Positions 11,363 to 21,934 of a stretch of 64,000 nucleotides of DNA are shown piece by piece. Origin of the DNA: an uncultured Candidatus Saccharibacteria bacterium. GTDB lineage: Bacteria > Patescibacteriota > WWE3 > UBA101185 > UBA10185. Position 1 is the stretch's first letter; the number at the start of each line of letters is the position of its first letter. Below the pieces are notes generated by a model that worked only from the letters and a program-made list of their open reading frames with translations, searched no databases and was not told the origin of the DNA. The stretch is from assembly GCA_964643995.1 (NCBI GenBank), contig CAZXUJ010000001.1:209492-273491 (forward strand), read 5' to 3'. A program made the translations under genes and the position numbers.

Positions 11363-12272
11363 AAAAAACACCACCAAGAAGACTAACTAGTAGTCTGAGT
11401 AAATGATATATAATCGAGGCACTCAGTGCTAGCTCCGAAGAAACACCCACTACCTGGAAAAGTTTTATATATAAGGCATCCTGCACACCAACTCCATTTA
11501 GAGAAGGGATGAAAAAACTGGCCATTGTTATCACGGGTAATACAAGTAAAGCATAAGAAAACGACAGATCAATACCCAAAGCCCTAAATATAAAGTATTG
11601 TGTAAAAATACTCATAAACTGAACCAAAAATGAGGTTAAAAATGCCCATAGAAGTACACTATATTTAAATCGATACAAAATCAGGGCATCGTAGAGCTTG
11701 CCAAGTTTAACTGATCTTTTTGATAAAGTTTTGAAACATATAAAACCCACGACAGCACCAAACCAAAAACCAAGAAACAAAAGAAATTTTAAACCGATTA
11801 ACCAAGGTGTATTGCTCGAAACTGATTCAGGAAGTAAAGCTATCCAAAAATCTAGCGTGTTTAGTAAACCATAATAGGAAATAAGAACAAGGGCAATTAT
11901 CCCTGAGAACCTTTCCATAAAGGTTGCTATAAAAGCATTTGTTTTGCTTTTTATAAGAGTGCCGAGCTTAAACACTTTATATACATCTCCACCAATACTG
12001 GTAGGCATAAAATTGTTAAAAAAGGCACCTATGAGGTAGAGAGAGATCAATTTTTTAATGGTAACGTCGTCTGTGTTTTCAAATATTAGTAACTTTTTCC
12101 AACGAATCGAACTGATGACGTAATTGCCAATAAGGAAGGTAATTATCAGTGGAACATATTTGGTGTCTAGGAGTTTGAGATTTTGAACCAGTTGAGCGAG
12201 ATCAATTTGCAATAATATGATACTGAATAAGGCTACACTAACTGTAATTTTTATAAGTGTTTTTTTGTTCAT
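11337..12272 (-). CDS. Lysylphosphatidylglycerol-synthase TM-domain / YbhN (UPF0104) flippase-like membrane protein
   Basis: RW..L, FFNNFMPTSIGGD, MER and NGVGVQD signatures. Confidence 0.8.
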   Translation of the reverse strand: MNKKTLIKITVSVALFSIILLQIDLAQLVQNLKLLDTKYVPLIITFLIGNYVISSIRWKKLLIFENTDDVTIKKLISLYLIGAFFNNFMPTSIGGDVYKVFKLGTLIKSKTNAFIATFMERFSGIIALVLISYYGLLNTLDFWIALLPESVSSNTPWLIGLKFLLFLGFWFGAVVGFICFKTLSKRSVKLGKLYDALILYRFKYSVLLWAFLTSFLVQFMSIFTQYFIFRALGIDLSFSYALLVLPVITMASFFIPSLNGVGVQDALYIKLFQVVGVSSELALSASIIYHLLRLLVSLLGGVFYVFEKDSS

Positions 12273-13735
12273 TTTCGTAATTTCAACTTTGTTAATAGCG
12301 CATGTAAATCTTCGACAGTTAAAAACTTTGCTACATAGGCCGAGAGAATATAGGTACCAACCAGAACTGCAAAAGCAAACGCCTTCAGAAATATATTGTC
12401 TAGCTTACCCCCTTGCATTATCACGTAAGCTTGCAAGAGCATCAATATATGAGGCACACCTAGATAAACAAATTTCAAACGCACTTGCGAGGATATAACA
12501 AGTACCAATAAACCAACCAGTGAACCCGCCAATAATGAGTAAGTCATTGCAAGTAGGTTATCGTAATCCATAAAACGAGTTACATAAAGATATCCAGAAA
12601 TGGTTACACCAAGCATTAGTACATAAGCAGTCATGATTTCCCACACATATTTCGCTGGGATGAAAACACTAGATTTAATGATGTTTGTTAAACCATAAAA
12701 TATGAAAGTAAAAATCAGCGGGATCATCAGTGTAATGGATTCATTGTAAATAAGGTTGTTACCCACAAATATATATACGAGCTCACGCGACCAAAAGATT
12801 GCACCAATGGCGGAAAGTAGCATAAAAACAAATATTTTGTTTAGATTCTGAGAAAAAAGAGTTTTAAACTCATCCAAATTGTGAGCAAAAGAATCCGATA
12901 ATATTGGTAAATTTACATCCGTAACAGCATCTGAAATATGCATCAATTTTTTCGCAAAGAGAAAAGCGAACGAAAATATCGCAACTTGTTCTGTAGATAC
13001 ATCAAGTCCTAGCAAAAGTGTTCCTGATTTCTCCCACTGTGTTAATAGTATTTTTACGAAATAGATAGCAAAAAGTATAGAAAAAAGTTCTTTGGAAATA
13101 CGTAATATATCATCCTTAGAAGGAAACTCCAACCGACCCTGCAATGGTTTGAAGGCTATAAAACCTAAAACCACTGTGCTAATAACTTCAAAGGCAAGAA
13201 ATGCATAGAAAAATCCCAAAATGCCCAAATAGTAAACCAAGGGTATATATATTATAACACTTACAATCGTGATACCAGACTGGTATAAAAACAAATAATT
13301 AAACCTTTTGGTTCCAGACACTACAGAGTTCATTAAACCCTTTATTCCCTGGATTAACAACACAATCGCGTAGATCTTAATTGGTAAAACCAGCACTTGC
13401 TGAGAGTACTGACCTACAGCCAAATTTTCAGCTGAAAAAAATAAGAAAAGGGCAACGGGCACGGACACCAGATATCGAATCAATACTGATGTAACAAAAA
13501 TTTTGAATATTTCAGTGTCGTTTTCAGCTGTGGATATTTCACGAGTACTGCCAGACGACAAACCTAAATGTTGGTAAATCCCAAATGCACCGCCGATTGC
13601 CATACCAATTTGAATAATGCCCCAATCAGACGGAGAAAGTAATCGAATGATGAAAAATGTCTGAAACAGTCCAACACCCATTGCTATTAAACGTGAGATT
13701 AAACTAACTATTTGCCATTTTAAAAGGTTTTTCAC
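12269..13735 (-). CDS. Wzx-like oligosaccharide flippase (MOP family)
   Basis: About 12-14 TM helices, IRLLSPSDWG and LGLSSG motifs, located in a glycan cluster. Confidence 0.75.
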   Translation of the reverse strand: MKNLLKWQIVSLISRLIAMGVGLFQTFFIIRLLSPSDWGIIQIGMAIGGAFGIYQHLGLSSGSTREISTAENDTEIFKIFVTSVLIRYLVSVPVALFLFFSAENLAVGQYSQQVLVLPIKIYAIVLLIQGIKGLMNSVVSGTKRFNYLFLYQSGITIVSVIIYIPLVYYLGILGFFYAFLAFEVISTVVLGFIAFKPLQGRLEFPSKDDILRISKELFSILFAIYFVKILLTQWEKSGTLLLGLDVSTEQVAIFSFAFLFAKKLMHISDAVTDVNLPILSDSFAHNLDEFKTLFSQNLNKIFVFMLLSAIGAIFWSRELVYIFVGNNLIYNESITLMIPLIFTFIFYGLTNIIKSSVFIPAKYVWEIMTAYVLMLGVTISGYLYVTRFMDYDNLLAMTYSLLAGSLVGLLVLVISSQVRLKFVYLGVPHILMLLQAYVIMQGGKLDNIFLKAFAFAVLVGTYILSAYVAKFLTVEDLHALLTKLKLRK

Positions 13736-13751
13736 GGGCTTAATTATACTA

Positions 13752-15893
13752 TTATTCTATAGTAATATCACCAAGATATATGCTACGAGTGCGAATATTA
13801 TTCGTCATTCCAATAAATGCTTTGTAGTTTCCCGCGTCCAAAAATTCGGGTAAAACAATTGTGACATCTTCTAAATAATATCGGTCTTCGCGCCAATTGC
13901 GTAACTGGTTCAGAGAGAAAGAAGGAAGATTCGCCATCTGGTATAACTCACCGGTTTTGTTGTTTACAAAGCTTGTGAACAGTACATAGTCATCAAGTCT
14001 TTCTTCTTCTCGTTTTACATATACGAACTTAGCAACATTTGTAGTACCACGTACTATTTTTTGAGGGAATGTGTAGTCAACAACCGTTAAGGATTCAAAT
14101 ATTTCTAAATTAACCTTTTCTTCATAATCGAAACTTTCCTGCAAGGGCAACAAAATAGATTTTTCATGCTGGCCGATTCTTTTGAAGACAAAAAGATTTC
14201 CACAACCAAGCTTAAGTTCATAATCAGGATTTTTTATCATATCAGCCACTACGTCACGCACGATCGTGACATCTAGATCCAGTATCCTAAGAATTTTTTG
14301 TGAAAAAACATCAACAATAACGTAATCTGCATCCTTGTATAAAGCAGGGAATATTGCATAGGTTTCGCGCAAAGCAAGATGAGCACCCAAATAATCAGGA
14401 CCAGAAATAGATGCTTCTCCAGGAATGATATCTATAACCTTTAATGCGCACTCACGATCTTTATTATCCAATGCAGAAAGTTTGAAGCGGTCACCAATTG
14501 CAATATCACTCTTTAAACCTACTTCGAGATCTTCTTTTGCGAAAACCTGCAGACGCTTTTGTACAGCCTGCTGAAGCCACAAATAAACCGGGTTTTCATA
14601 TGCGAATGTAGCCCTTACATTTGCCACTAAAAAGACTGTCAAAAAGATATAGGCTATATACGATTTTTTAAGTTTAAATTTTCTGCTAGTAAGTAAGTGT
14701 GTATATTCTGAGAGCATGTGTATGCCATAAATGCTGGCTAAAAATAACACAGGAATGATCATAGAAATACGGTGGTTTATAATTTCAGAAGTACCGATAC
14801 CACCTTCGGTAGTGGAATAGTTTATAAGAAAGTCAGGAAAAGCCATGGCGAAAATTATAGGGTTTAGAAAAGGAGCATATCCCACTGGTTCAAGTGTCTG
14901 ACGCAAATTATCTATCTTATCACCACCAAAAACTACCCTCACCAATTCTTTAGGATTACTCAACATCCCAACAACAACCTCTGTGTATGTGTCACCAAAA
15001 GCCTCATAACGACTAATGAAATAATTGGGGCTTTGTACATCCCGAGCTACAGATGTATCAAGTTCGATCGTCTCTGCAAATTTCTGGAAACTATCTACTC
15101 TATAATGGGCAAACGCTGGTATCAAGACAGAAAATGCTAAAAAGAACCACACAGCCCCAACTAGCATCATGACCACACCAAGCTGCACATTCTTGTAAAC
15201 TACCAGGGACTTCAACCACGATAAATAGTTCTTTTTTGGAAAAAGCACCTCAGCAGGCATACGACAACACAATACATAAAAACCAAAAACAAAAACATAC
15301 AGGGGTAATTGCTCTTTACCCATCATTGTCAGAATTAAGAAAATCCAAAATAATATAAGATTTTTTGTGGTATAAGAGTTATGAGAGTGCATATACTCAA
15401 AGATGTAGAACGCAATCAAAAAGAAAGGTATAACCGCTGTAACACCATGAAAACCGGTCCATGCATTTAGAAAACCCACCGCAGGATAAAACAGATAAGC
15501 TAACCCTACAAGAAAACCCGCGATTGCAGAATCAAACTTCTCCTTAGCAATCTTGTATAAAATAACAGATACACTCAAAACTAGAACTACTTGAGCAAAC
15601 ACTAATGTTAACGCGTGCTGATAAAGTGCAAATACAGGAACAAACACAAGTAATATAGGATCTACATGACTCATGGCCCAACGAGGAATGTTGGCTCCAA
15701 AGTAATCGGTTAAATACAGTGGCTTGCCATGAAGGGTGTACCAGACCATTTGGGTCATATTTCCCAGGTCAAATTTTCCATAATCAAAATTGTTATAGCG
15801 AAAGATATTTATTCTGGCAGTGACCAGAAACAACCCACAAGCGAAAAGGATAAGGACTATTAATAAAACATTGTTACGAAACCATGCTCTCAT
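13752..15893 (-). CDS. DUF2079-family membrane protein (probable GT-C fold)
   Basis: FDLGNMTQ, HVDPIL, FH and KE motifs; C-terminal soluble extension. Confidence 0.7.
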   Translation of the reverse strand: MRAWFRNNVLLIVLILFACGLFLVTARINIFRYNNFDYGKFDLGNMTQMVWYTLHGKPLYLTDYFGANIPRWAMSHVDPILLVFVPVFALYQHALTLVFAQVVLVLSVSVILYKIAKEKFDSAIAGFLVGLAYLFYPAVGFLNAWTGFHGVTAVIPFFLIAFYIFEYMHSHNSYTTKNLILFWIFLILTMMGKEQLPLYVFVFGFYVLCCRMPAEVLFPKKNYLSWLKSLVVYKNVQLGVVMMLVGAVWFFLAFSVLIPAFAHYRVDSFQKFAETIELDTSVARDVQSPNYFISRYEAFGDTYTEVVVGMLSNPKELVRVVFGGDKIDNLRQTLEPVGYAPFLNPIIFAMAFPDFLINYSTTEGGIGTSEIINHRISMIIPVLFLASIYGIHMLSEYTHLLTSRKFKLKKSYIAYIFLTVFLVANVRATFAYENPVYLWLQQAVQKRLQVFAKEDLEVGLKSDIAIGDRFKLSALDNKDRECALKVIDIIPGEASISGPDYLGAHLALRETYAIFPALYKDADYVIVDVFSQKILRILDLDVTIVRDVVADMIKNPDYELKLGCGNLFVFKRIGQHEKSILLPLQESFDYEEKVNLEIFESLTVVDYTFPQKIVRGTTNVAKFVYVKREEERLDDYVLFTSFVNNKTGELYQMANLPSFSLNQLRNWREDRYYLEDVTIVLPEFLDAGNYKAFIGMTNNIRTRSIYLGDITIE

Positions 15894-16597
15894 TTGATAA
15901 ACCTATATTTAAAAAGGGTACCTACAGCAGATAAACCATCGCGCCACGTGAGTTTTTTACCTTCACTATGCAATCTACCTGTATACCGTATGGGCACCTC
16001 CTTGATCTTAATACCTGCTCTTAGTATTTTAGCAGTAATTTCTGGCTCGAAGTCAAATCTGGAGGCCGATATAGTAACATTTCTAACGAAATCACCAGGC
16101 AAAAGTTTATAGCAGGTCTCCATATCGGTTAGAGCCACACCAAAGAGCAGGTTAGTAACCGCAGTGACAAGTTTGTTTCCCATATAATGCAATCCCATCA
16201 TATCTTCATAGGCACCCATAAATCTAGAGCCATATATAACTTTTTTCTCATTCTCCTCTAGTGCGGATATCAATACAGCATAGTCCTCCGGATAATACTC
16301 TAGATCAGCATCCTGAACTATTACGTAATCGCCAGTAGACTGCTTAAATCCATCCCGCAAGGCAAAACCTTTTCCTTCATTCATAGATTTAAATATGAAC
16401 TTTGTGTTGGCAGGCGTTGTTGCCTCCAAATCATGAAGCAAGTTCGTAGTACCATCTGTGGAACAGTCATCTATTATTATTATCTCTTTTTCAATACCTT
16501 TAAGGTCAACGGATAAAACCTTCTCATATATTTGAGAAAACGTATCGCGCTCATTATAAACCGGAACTATAATAGATAGTTTTTTCACTTTGCTCAT
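15890..16597 (-). CDS. GT2 polyprenol-phosphate glycosyltransferase (DPM1/ArnC-like)
   Basis: IVPVYNE, GKG, QDADLEY, GSRF, DMETCYK. Confidence 0.9.
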   Translation of the reverse strand: MSKVKKLSIIVPVYNERDTFSQIYEKVLSVDLKGIEKEIIIIDDCSTDGTTNLLHDLEATTPANTKFIFKSMNEGKGFALRDGFKQSTGDYVIVQDADLEYYPEDYAVLISALEENEKKVIYGSRFMGAYEDMMGLHYMGNKLVTAVTNLLFGVALTDMETCYKLLPGDFVRNVTISASRFDFEPEITAKILRAGIKIKEVPIRYTGRLHSEGKKLTWRDGLSAVGTLFKYRFIK

Positions 16598-18210
16598 TAA
16601 TGTCTTTCAAACTTATAAACTTTAGTATTAAATAAGGCACCATTTATATTAGCACTAGTTTCATAAACTTGAGTCAAATATGGTCTCTTATCAATAGAGA
16701 TTGAAAATCCCAGATTATGCTCATTTGTGGCTAATATATAATCAACCTTGTTGGAAAGCAATGAGTCATAAGTTAACTTTTTATCATGAACATCATAGTA
16801 AAACGCCTGTATTCTGTCTTCTTGCTTATGGTCAAGATACCACTCTACAACACTACCGACATCATTGTGAGCAACATTACCTTCAGCGTTCTCCATTAGG
16901 TATATGGAAGCATCCTTAACTGTTCTGTAAAGATCCTTATGTATCCATACAGTTGCAACAAGCCAAATAAACATAGAAATTAAAGTAGTTGAAAAATATA
17001 CTGAAACCCATTTATTGCCAGAACTCTTAAAATTAAGCCTTTGTAGCAACCTTTCAAAGGTAGACTTTTCAAAATAGCTTAAGTACAACGCAAGAATACT
17101 CAAAGCATTGGTAATAAACACTGTGAGAAACAGAGGTTTTATCAGGACCAGCGACTGTAATCGATATATATACTGTCCAAAAAAATAAACGGCAAGGAGG
17201 ATTAAATCAGCTAAAACAAATTTTTTGGCTGAGGAAATGGACATACCAAATACTTTATCAGATACAGAAACGTAAATAACAATAAATAGTGGCACAACTG
17301 CTACGAATAATCTTGGAATTGCTGCGGGCCAAGCCAGTATCAGTAATAGCTCAAGAACAAGAAACACAGAAAAAGCTATATTAGCTTTTAAAAATTTCCA
17401 AACTTCTTTTTTTTGGAAAACCAAAGTTGGGAAGAAAGAGGTGAATCCAAACAAAAATAACAGAGAGATCAAGTATATTAATAGTGTGTTTAGATCATAT
17501 GCACGAGATTTAGGCTCATCAAAATATGACGACGTGAACGGGTTTCTGTAGATAATCCAAGGTAGAAGTGTCAACAAAGTAGTCGACAGGTAAAAAAGAA
17601 TATTCTTCCATGTCTGCTTTAGCAGATTCAATAGATTAGCGATTTTAAGCTGTTCAATGCCTGCTAAAAAGAAAACTCCACAAACCCCCGCGCCGAAAAG
17701 AAGGTAACCCTCAAACCTTGTAAGTATTGCAAGACCAGTAACAACCCCCATTAGCATGAAATTTTTGTAAGTAGGTTTACCTTTCAGTAACAAAAAAAGA
17801 ACAAGAACAAACATTGAAAATACAACGTCTGCCATTATTCTTATAGACCAGTAAAAATATACAGGATTTAAAGTTAACAACAGTAGCCCAAAATTGGTTT
17901 TATACCAGTCTTTTTGGAAAAGCACCATCAAATAGCGATAAAATACATAAAAAATTCCGATACTAACTCCCAACATCTCTAGTCTGCCCCACGTAACTTG
18001 GTCAACAAAGCTAGGACGAATTGCTAATAGTACTGAAAACAAAGGAGGCCGTTTCTCATCCTCTGGGTATGATAAATTTCTCACATATTCGCCAGCACGA
18101 AGAATTCTATAACTGTCACCCCACTCAGCCGCATTAATATTAAAAAAACCAATATGCAAAACCAGTGAAAGAAGAAAAACTAATAGTGTGCCTTTGCTTG
18201 TTCTCAACAT
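16597..18210 (-). CDS. Multi-TM GT-C fold glycosyltransferase
   Basis: WGDSY, KRPPLFS, LAILTRFEG, many TM helices. Confidence 0.65.
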   Translation of the reverse strand: MLRTSKGTLLVFLLSLVLHIGFFNINAAEWGDSYRILRAGEYVRNLSYPEDEKRPPLFSVLLAIRPSFVDQVTWGRLEMLGVSIGIFYVFYRYLMVLFQKDWYKTNFGLLLLTLNPVYFYWSIRIMADVVFSMFVLVLFLLLKGKPTYKNFMLMGVVTGLAILTRFEGYLLFGAGVCGVFFLAGIEQLKIANLLNLLKQTWKNILFYLSTTLLTLLPWIIYRNPFTSSYFDEPKSRAYDLNTLLIYLISLLFLFGFTSFFPTLVFQKKEVWKFLKANIAFSVFLVLELLLILAWPAAIPRLFVAVVPLFIVIYVSVSDKVFGMSISSAKKFVLADLILLAVYFFGQYIYRLQSLVLIKPLFLTVFITNALSILALYLSYFEKSTFERLLQRLNFKSSGNKWVSVYFSTTLISMFIWLVATVWIHKDLYRTVKDASIYLMENAEGNVAHNDVGSVVEWYLDHKQEDRIQAFYYDVHDKKLTYDSLLSNKVDYILATNEHNLGFSISIDKRPYLTQVYETSANINGALFNTKVYKFERH

Positions 18211-18211
18211 C

Positions 18212-19456
18212 TTAGTTTGAGATTTTTTCTAAGGCTTTAGCCCTATTCTCGAATGCAAATTTATAGATTTGTTCCAATGCCTGTGCCCTAGTTGACCAAG
18301 AGTAGAGATCTACAAGCTTCGTACGATCAACAAACACAGGTTGTTCCGCTATTTCGAAAATCTTTTTTGCCATGTTTTCAGGATCTAGACTATCTAGGTA
18401 ATAAACACCGGGAATATTTTCTTTCAGTTTGAATGCAGAACCTAGTACGGGAACTCCGCAGGCTATACTTTCTAAAACAACTTTCGGCATTCCTTCAAAA
18501 GAGGAAGGTAAAACAAAAACGTTAGCACCTTGATATAGTATGGGCACTTCTGGGTATGGTTGCGCACCACCAAAAAGCACTCGCGACTCCAGCTTATAAG
18601 TTTTTATCATTAAGTCCAAACGCTCGCTGTATGCCTGATCAGGACGAGGTCCTACAAGAAGTAATTTGTATTTCTCCGGTAGGTACCTTAGTGCCTCGAT
18701 TATTAGGTGAACATTTTTTCGTTCAACCAACATTCCAAGGTTAAGTATCAACTTGTCTTGAGGATCAATTCCCAAATCGTTATGCACATTGTCACGTTCT
18801 ACTGCCCCCATGGGTTTGAAAAGGTCTGGGTTAACACCGCTTTCTACAACGAAGCACTTGTTTGGATCTGCACCATAATAAGTTATAGCTTCTTGCATTA
18901 TCTCTTCACTAACAAAAACAAGCGCATCAGCGACTTTAACGGCTAACTTGTCAGACTTTAATGCCAATGGCCAATCCAAGTATTTCGAAATTGTGGTCAC
19001 GTTTTTACTGGCCGCGTCCATTTTTTTCCAGCGCCCTTCTACAGTGTTATGGAAATGAACAACCAATGGTATCTTTAGTTCTTGAGATTTTCTAAAGAAA
19101 TTGGTTAAGAAGTCTCTATAAAGATAAATCCAGAAACCGAAATGGCCATGACTATGTATCAACTCCACATCTGTATGTGTCATTCTCCAAAATATGTAGC
19201 GTAGGAGTAACAAAGGGGCAATAGTCACGAGAATTGTCCCTTTAGCAGGCTCTCTAAATGGCAATGAGGAGTTTCCCAAAAAATGAAGGAGCTTTACGCC
19301 TTCGGGCTCTTCAGGAGTCCCATTAAATGGCCAACGTCCAGAATAAATATAGAAAGTGTGGCCAAGTTTGAGTTGTGCACGAGTAAGTTCAAATGGATGT
19401 GGCACAAGACCTTCCCATGGAGGAGGCCACTCATAACATATTCTAAGGATTTTCAT
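18212..19456 (-). CDS. Glycosyltransferase family 4
   Basis: FVLPSSFEGMPKVVLESIACG. Confidence 0.85.
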   Translation of the reverse strand: MKILRICYEWPPPWEGLVPHPFELTRAQLKLGHTFYIYSGRWPFNGTPEEPEGVKLLHFLGNSSLPFREPAKGTILVTIAPLLLLRYIFWRMTHTDVELIHSHGHFGFWIYLYRDFLTNFFRKSQELKIPLVVHFHNTVEGRWKKMDAASKNVTTISKYLDWPLALKSDKLAVKVADALVFVSEEIMQEAITYYGADPNKCFVVESGVNPDLFKPMGAVERDNVHNDLGIDPQDKLILNLGMLVERKNVHLIIEALRYLPEKYKLLLVGPRPDQAYSERLDLMIKTYKLESRVLFGGAQPYPEVPILYQGANVFVLPSSFEGMPKVVLESIACGVPVLGSAFKLKENIPGVYYLDSLDPENMAKKIFEIAEQPVFVDRTKLVDLYSWSTRAQALEQIYKFAFENRAKALEKISN

Positions 19457-20645
19457 CTAGTACCTCCTTTATAACCTGTAGATATTTATTGACCATAACA
19501 TGCTCGGTAAAATCTTGTTCAGCTAATAGTCTAGCATTTTTGCCCATTTGTTCTCTCATAACGGGGTCTTTGATTAAGTCGACCAACTTTTCTTGTAAAG
19601 CTGATTTGCTCCCCGATGGTATCAGATAGCCCGTCTGCCCATCGCGTACAGCATCTGAGTTACCACCTACATCTGTTGCTATAACAGGTAGTCCAGCAAA
19701 CATTGCTTCAATCAAAACCATTGGCAACCCTTCTATCCTAATTGAAGGAAGTAAAAATATATCGGCGGTAAGCATAGCATTCATTGCGACCTCATGGGAT
19801 ACTTTGCCTAACAGCTTTACTCTTTCACCAAGGCTAAACTCTTGTATTTTCTGGGAAAGGGAGTTCATATCTTCCCCATCGCCTATGACGGTCATATTCC
19901 ATGGCAACTCTTTCAGATTGGCCAAAACATCTATTAACAAGAATAATCCTTTTGCGCGTATCACCCGACCTACATATAGTAGTTCTGTGACTACGTTTGG
20001 CTTTTTTGATGAAAGATTGGTTTGTGTAAGCACCGATTTTATACCGTTGTTTATAACGACAATTCTAGACTCTTGAACAAATGTTTCATCTACAAGAGCG
20101 CTCTTTACAGCAGAAGATACTGCAATAATTTTGTCTGAACCATGAATAAACTCGCGCTGTGTAAAAAAGAAGGCGTACAGAACATGTGGAACATCAATGG
20201 CCAAGTTAATAACTTCCTTTATAGAAGATAGACTTCTCAAACGACTCAAGAACTCGCCCATTTTAGAACCATGTGAAATTGAGATAATCTTTAGATTAAT
20301 GGTTTTTTTATGTTGCAACAAACCTAACCCAGATGAGCTCTGGCATAGTACAATATCAAATGTAGTTTTGTTGTGATCTTCAAGAAAATACTCGTACGAT
20401 TTATAGCGCCAGTCATTATTTTGCCACTTATGCAGTAAGCTAAATTTTTTAAAAACACATGGCACAAAAATATATCTAACTGCATTCTCGGTAGTATTAA
20501 CCTCTCTAAGTTCTTTTGCTGGAGAATAGACGTAGACCACATGTCCTAAACTAGCTAAACTCTCTACTAAAACCTTGTTTTGCGTTTCCATACCACCAAA
20601 AGATTTATGAAAATGTGTATTCTTGATAAAAACTGCTATATGCAT
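19443..20645 (-). CDS. Glycosyltransferase family 4
   Basis: GGME; EGLPMVLIEAM; ATDVGG. Confidence 0.9.
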   Translation of the reverse strand: MHIAVFIKNTHFHKSFGGMETQNKVLVESLASLGHVVYVYSPAKELREVNTTENAVRYIFVPCVFKKFSLLHKWQNNDWRYKSYEYFLEDHNKTTFDIVLCQSSSGLGLLQHKKTINLKIISISHGSKMGEFLSRLRSLSSIKEVINLAIDVPHVLYAFFFTQREFIHGSDKIIAVSSAVKSALVDETFVQESRIVVINNGIKSVLTQTNLSSKKPNVVTELLYVGRVIRAKGLFLLIDVLANLKELPWNMTVIGDGEDMNSLSQKIQEFSLGERVKLLGKVSHEVAMNAMLTADIFLLPSIRIEGLPMVLIEAMFAGLPVIATDVGGNSDAVRDGQTGYLIPSGSKSALQEKLVDLIKDPVMREQMGKNARLLAEQDFTEHVMVNKYLQVIKEVLDENP

Positions 20646-20653
20646 ACTTAGGC

Positions 20654-21934
20654 CTACTCCACTAGTAGCTTTTCTAGCTCACTGATGTTTCTTTCTATAT
20701 TAAACTGGTTCACAGCCTGCTTGTATACAACATCCCCTAACTTCGCACGTAAATCCCTATCAAAAATGAGTTTCTCTAAAACATCAGCTAATGCCTGGGA
20801 ATCTTTTTGCGGAATAATTATGCCTGTTTGAGAGGTTACTAGATCGCCCATACTTCCGGAATCAGTTGCTACAATTGGTAGCCTAGCAAGTGCCGCTTCA
20901 ATTACCGTTGTTGGCACTCCATCTACATCTCCGGATTCTGCCACTATGAAAGGCGCAGCATAGATGTCAGCAACCTGTAGCCAACCTGCAACAATATTGT
21001 TGGGAACGTTTTTATCCTGGGTGCCTAGAATTTCAACCGTATCTAGCAATCCTTTGGAAATAATCATGTTTCGTAAATCATTGTACAGGGGCCCGCCACC
21101 ACCAATTTTTACTTGGTGACTAACACCACGACTCTTCAAAATCTCTGAAGCTTCAATTAAATATTTAATCCCTTTTTTTTCCACAAGACGTGCAATTGTA
21201 AACACTAATGGAACCTCAGGTTTTGGGGGCACATTTACAGAAAAGAATTTGCTTGGATCAATTCCGTGAAAAAGAAGTTTCACCTTACCACTGCTTTTTG
21301 TAAGATTCGCATACTTCACCACCTCTTTCCAAGTATTGCCATTACACACACTAATAAATTTAGCTTCTTTTGCCTTTGTACCTACTAAGGATCCTTCCAC
21401 AAAAACATCTTTGGCATGAGCTGAAACACTAAAAGGTACACCAAGAATCTTGGCGGCAACCATAACTATTGTGGAAGAATCAGATAAGAACTGAGAATGT
21501 ATATGATCTGTAGCAAATTTACTAAAAACTTGGGTATAGGCAATACCCTTAAGAAAATGAATAAACCTAGACTTATGGAATCTACCCAAGATACTCAGTC
21601 TGGTGCGTTCATCATTTTCGGTGTGTATGTTAAACAGATAGGGAATATTGTCTTTACCAAGTATCAGAGTGTGCACATGCCACAATCGTAGAGGATGTAA
21701 CAACACATACTTGCAAAACGCTATCAAGCAATCAGTGACAGTCAATCTTATATAATGCACCTTATCAACGAGGTTTTCTGATAATGCACCACTGCCCGGT
21801 GCTTGAGACAATATAGTGATGTCTAGGTTTCCCAACTCAACAAGTTTAGAAACCTCCCGCTCAATAAAAGTCTCAGTAAGCACCGGGAACTGAGGTACAA
21901 AATATATCAGTCTTTTTTTTATTTTATTCGCCAT
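20654..21934 (-). CDS. Glycosyltransferase family 4 (WcaL-like)
   Basis: FPVLTETFI, HAKD, ARLVEKKG, GDVDGVPTTVIEA. Confidence 0.85.
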   Translation of the reverse strand: MANKIKKRLIYFVPQFPVLTETFIEREVSKLVELGNLDITILSQAPGSGALSENLVDKVHYIRLTVTDCLIAFCKYVLLHPLRLWHVHTLILGKDNIPYLFNIHTENDERTRLSILGRFHKSRFIHFLKGIAYTQVFSKFATDHIHSQFLSDSSTIVMVAAKILGVPFSVSAHAKDVFVEGSLVGTKAKEAKFISVCNGNTWKEVVKYANLTKSSGKVKLLFHGIDPSKFFSVNVPPKPEVPLVFTIARLVEKKGIKYLIEASEILKSRGVSHQVKIGGGGPLYNDLRNMIISKGLLDTVEILGTQDKNVPNNIVAGWLQVADIYAAPFIVAESGDVDGVPTTVIEAALARLPIVATDSGSMGDLVTSQTGIIIPQKDSQALADVLEKLIFDRDLRAKLGDVVYKQAVNQFNIERNISELEKLLVE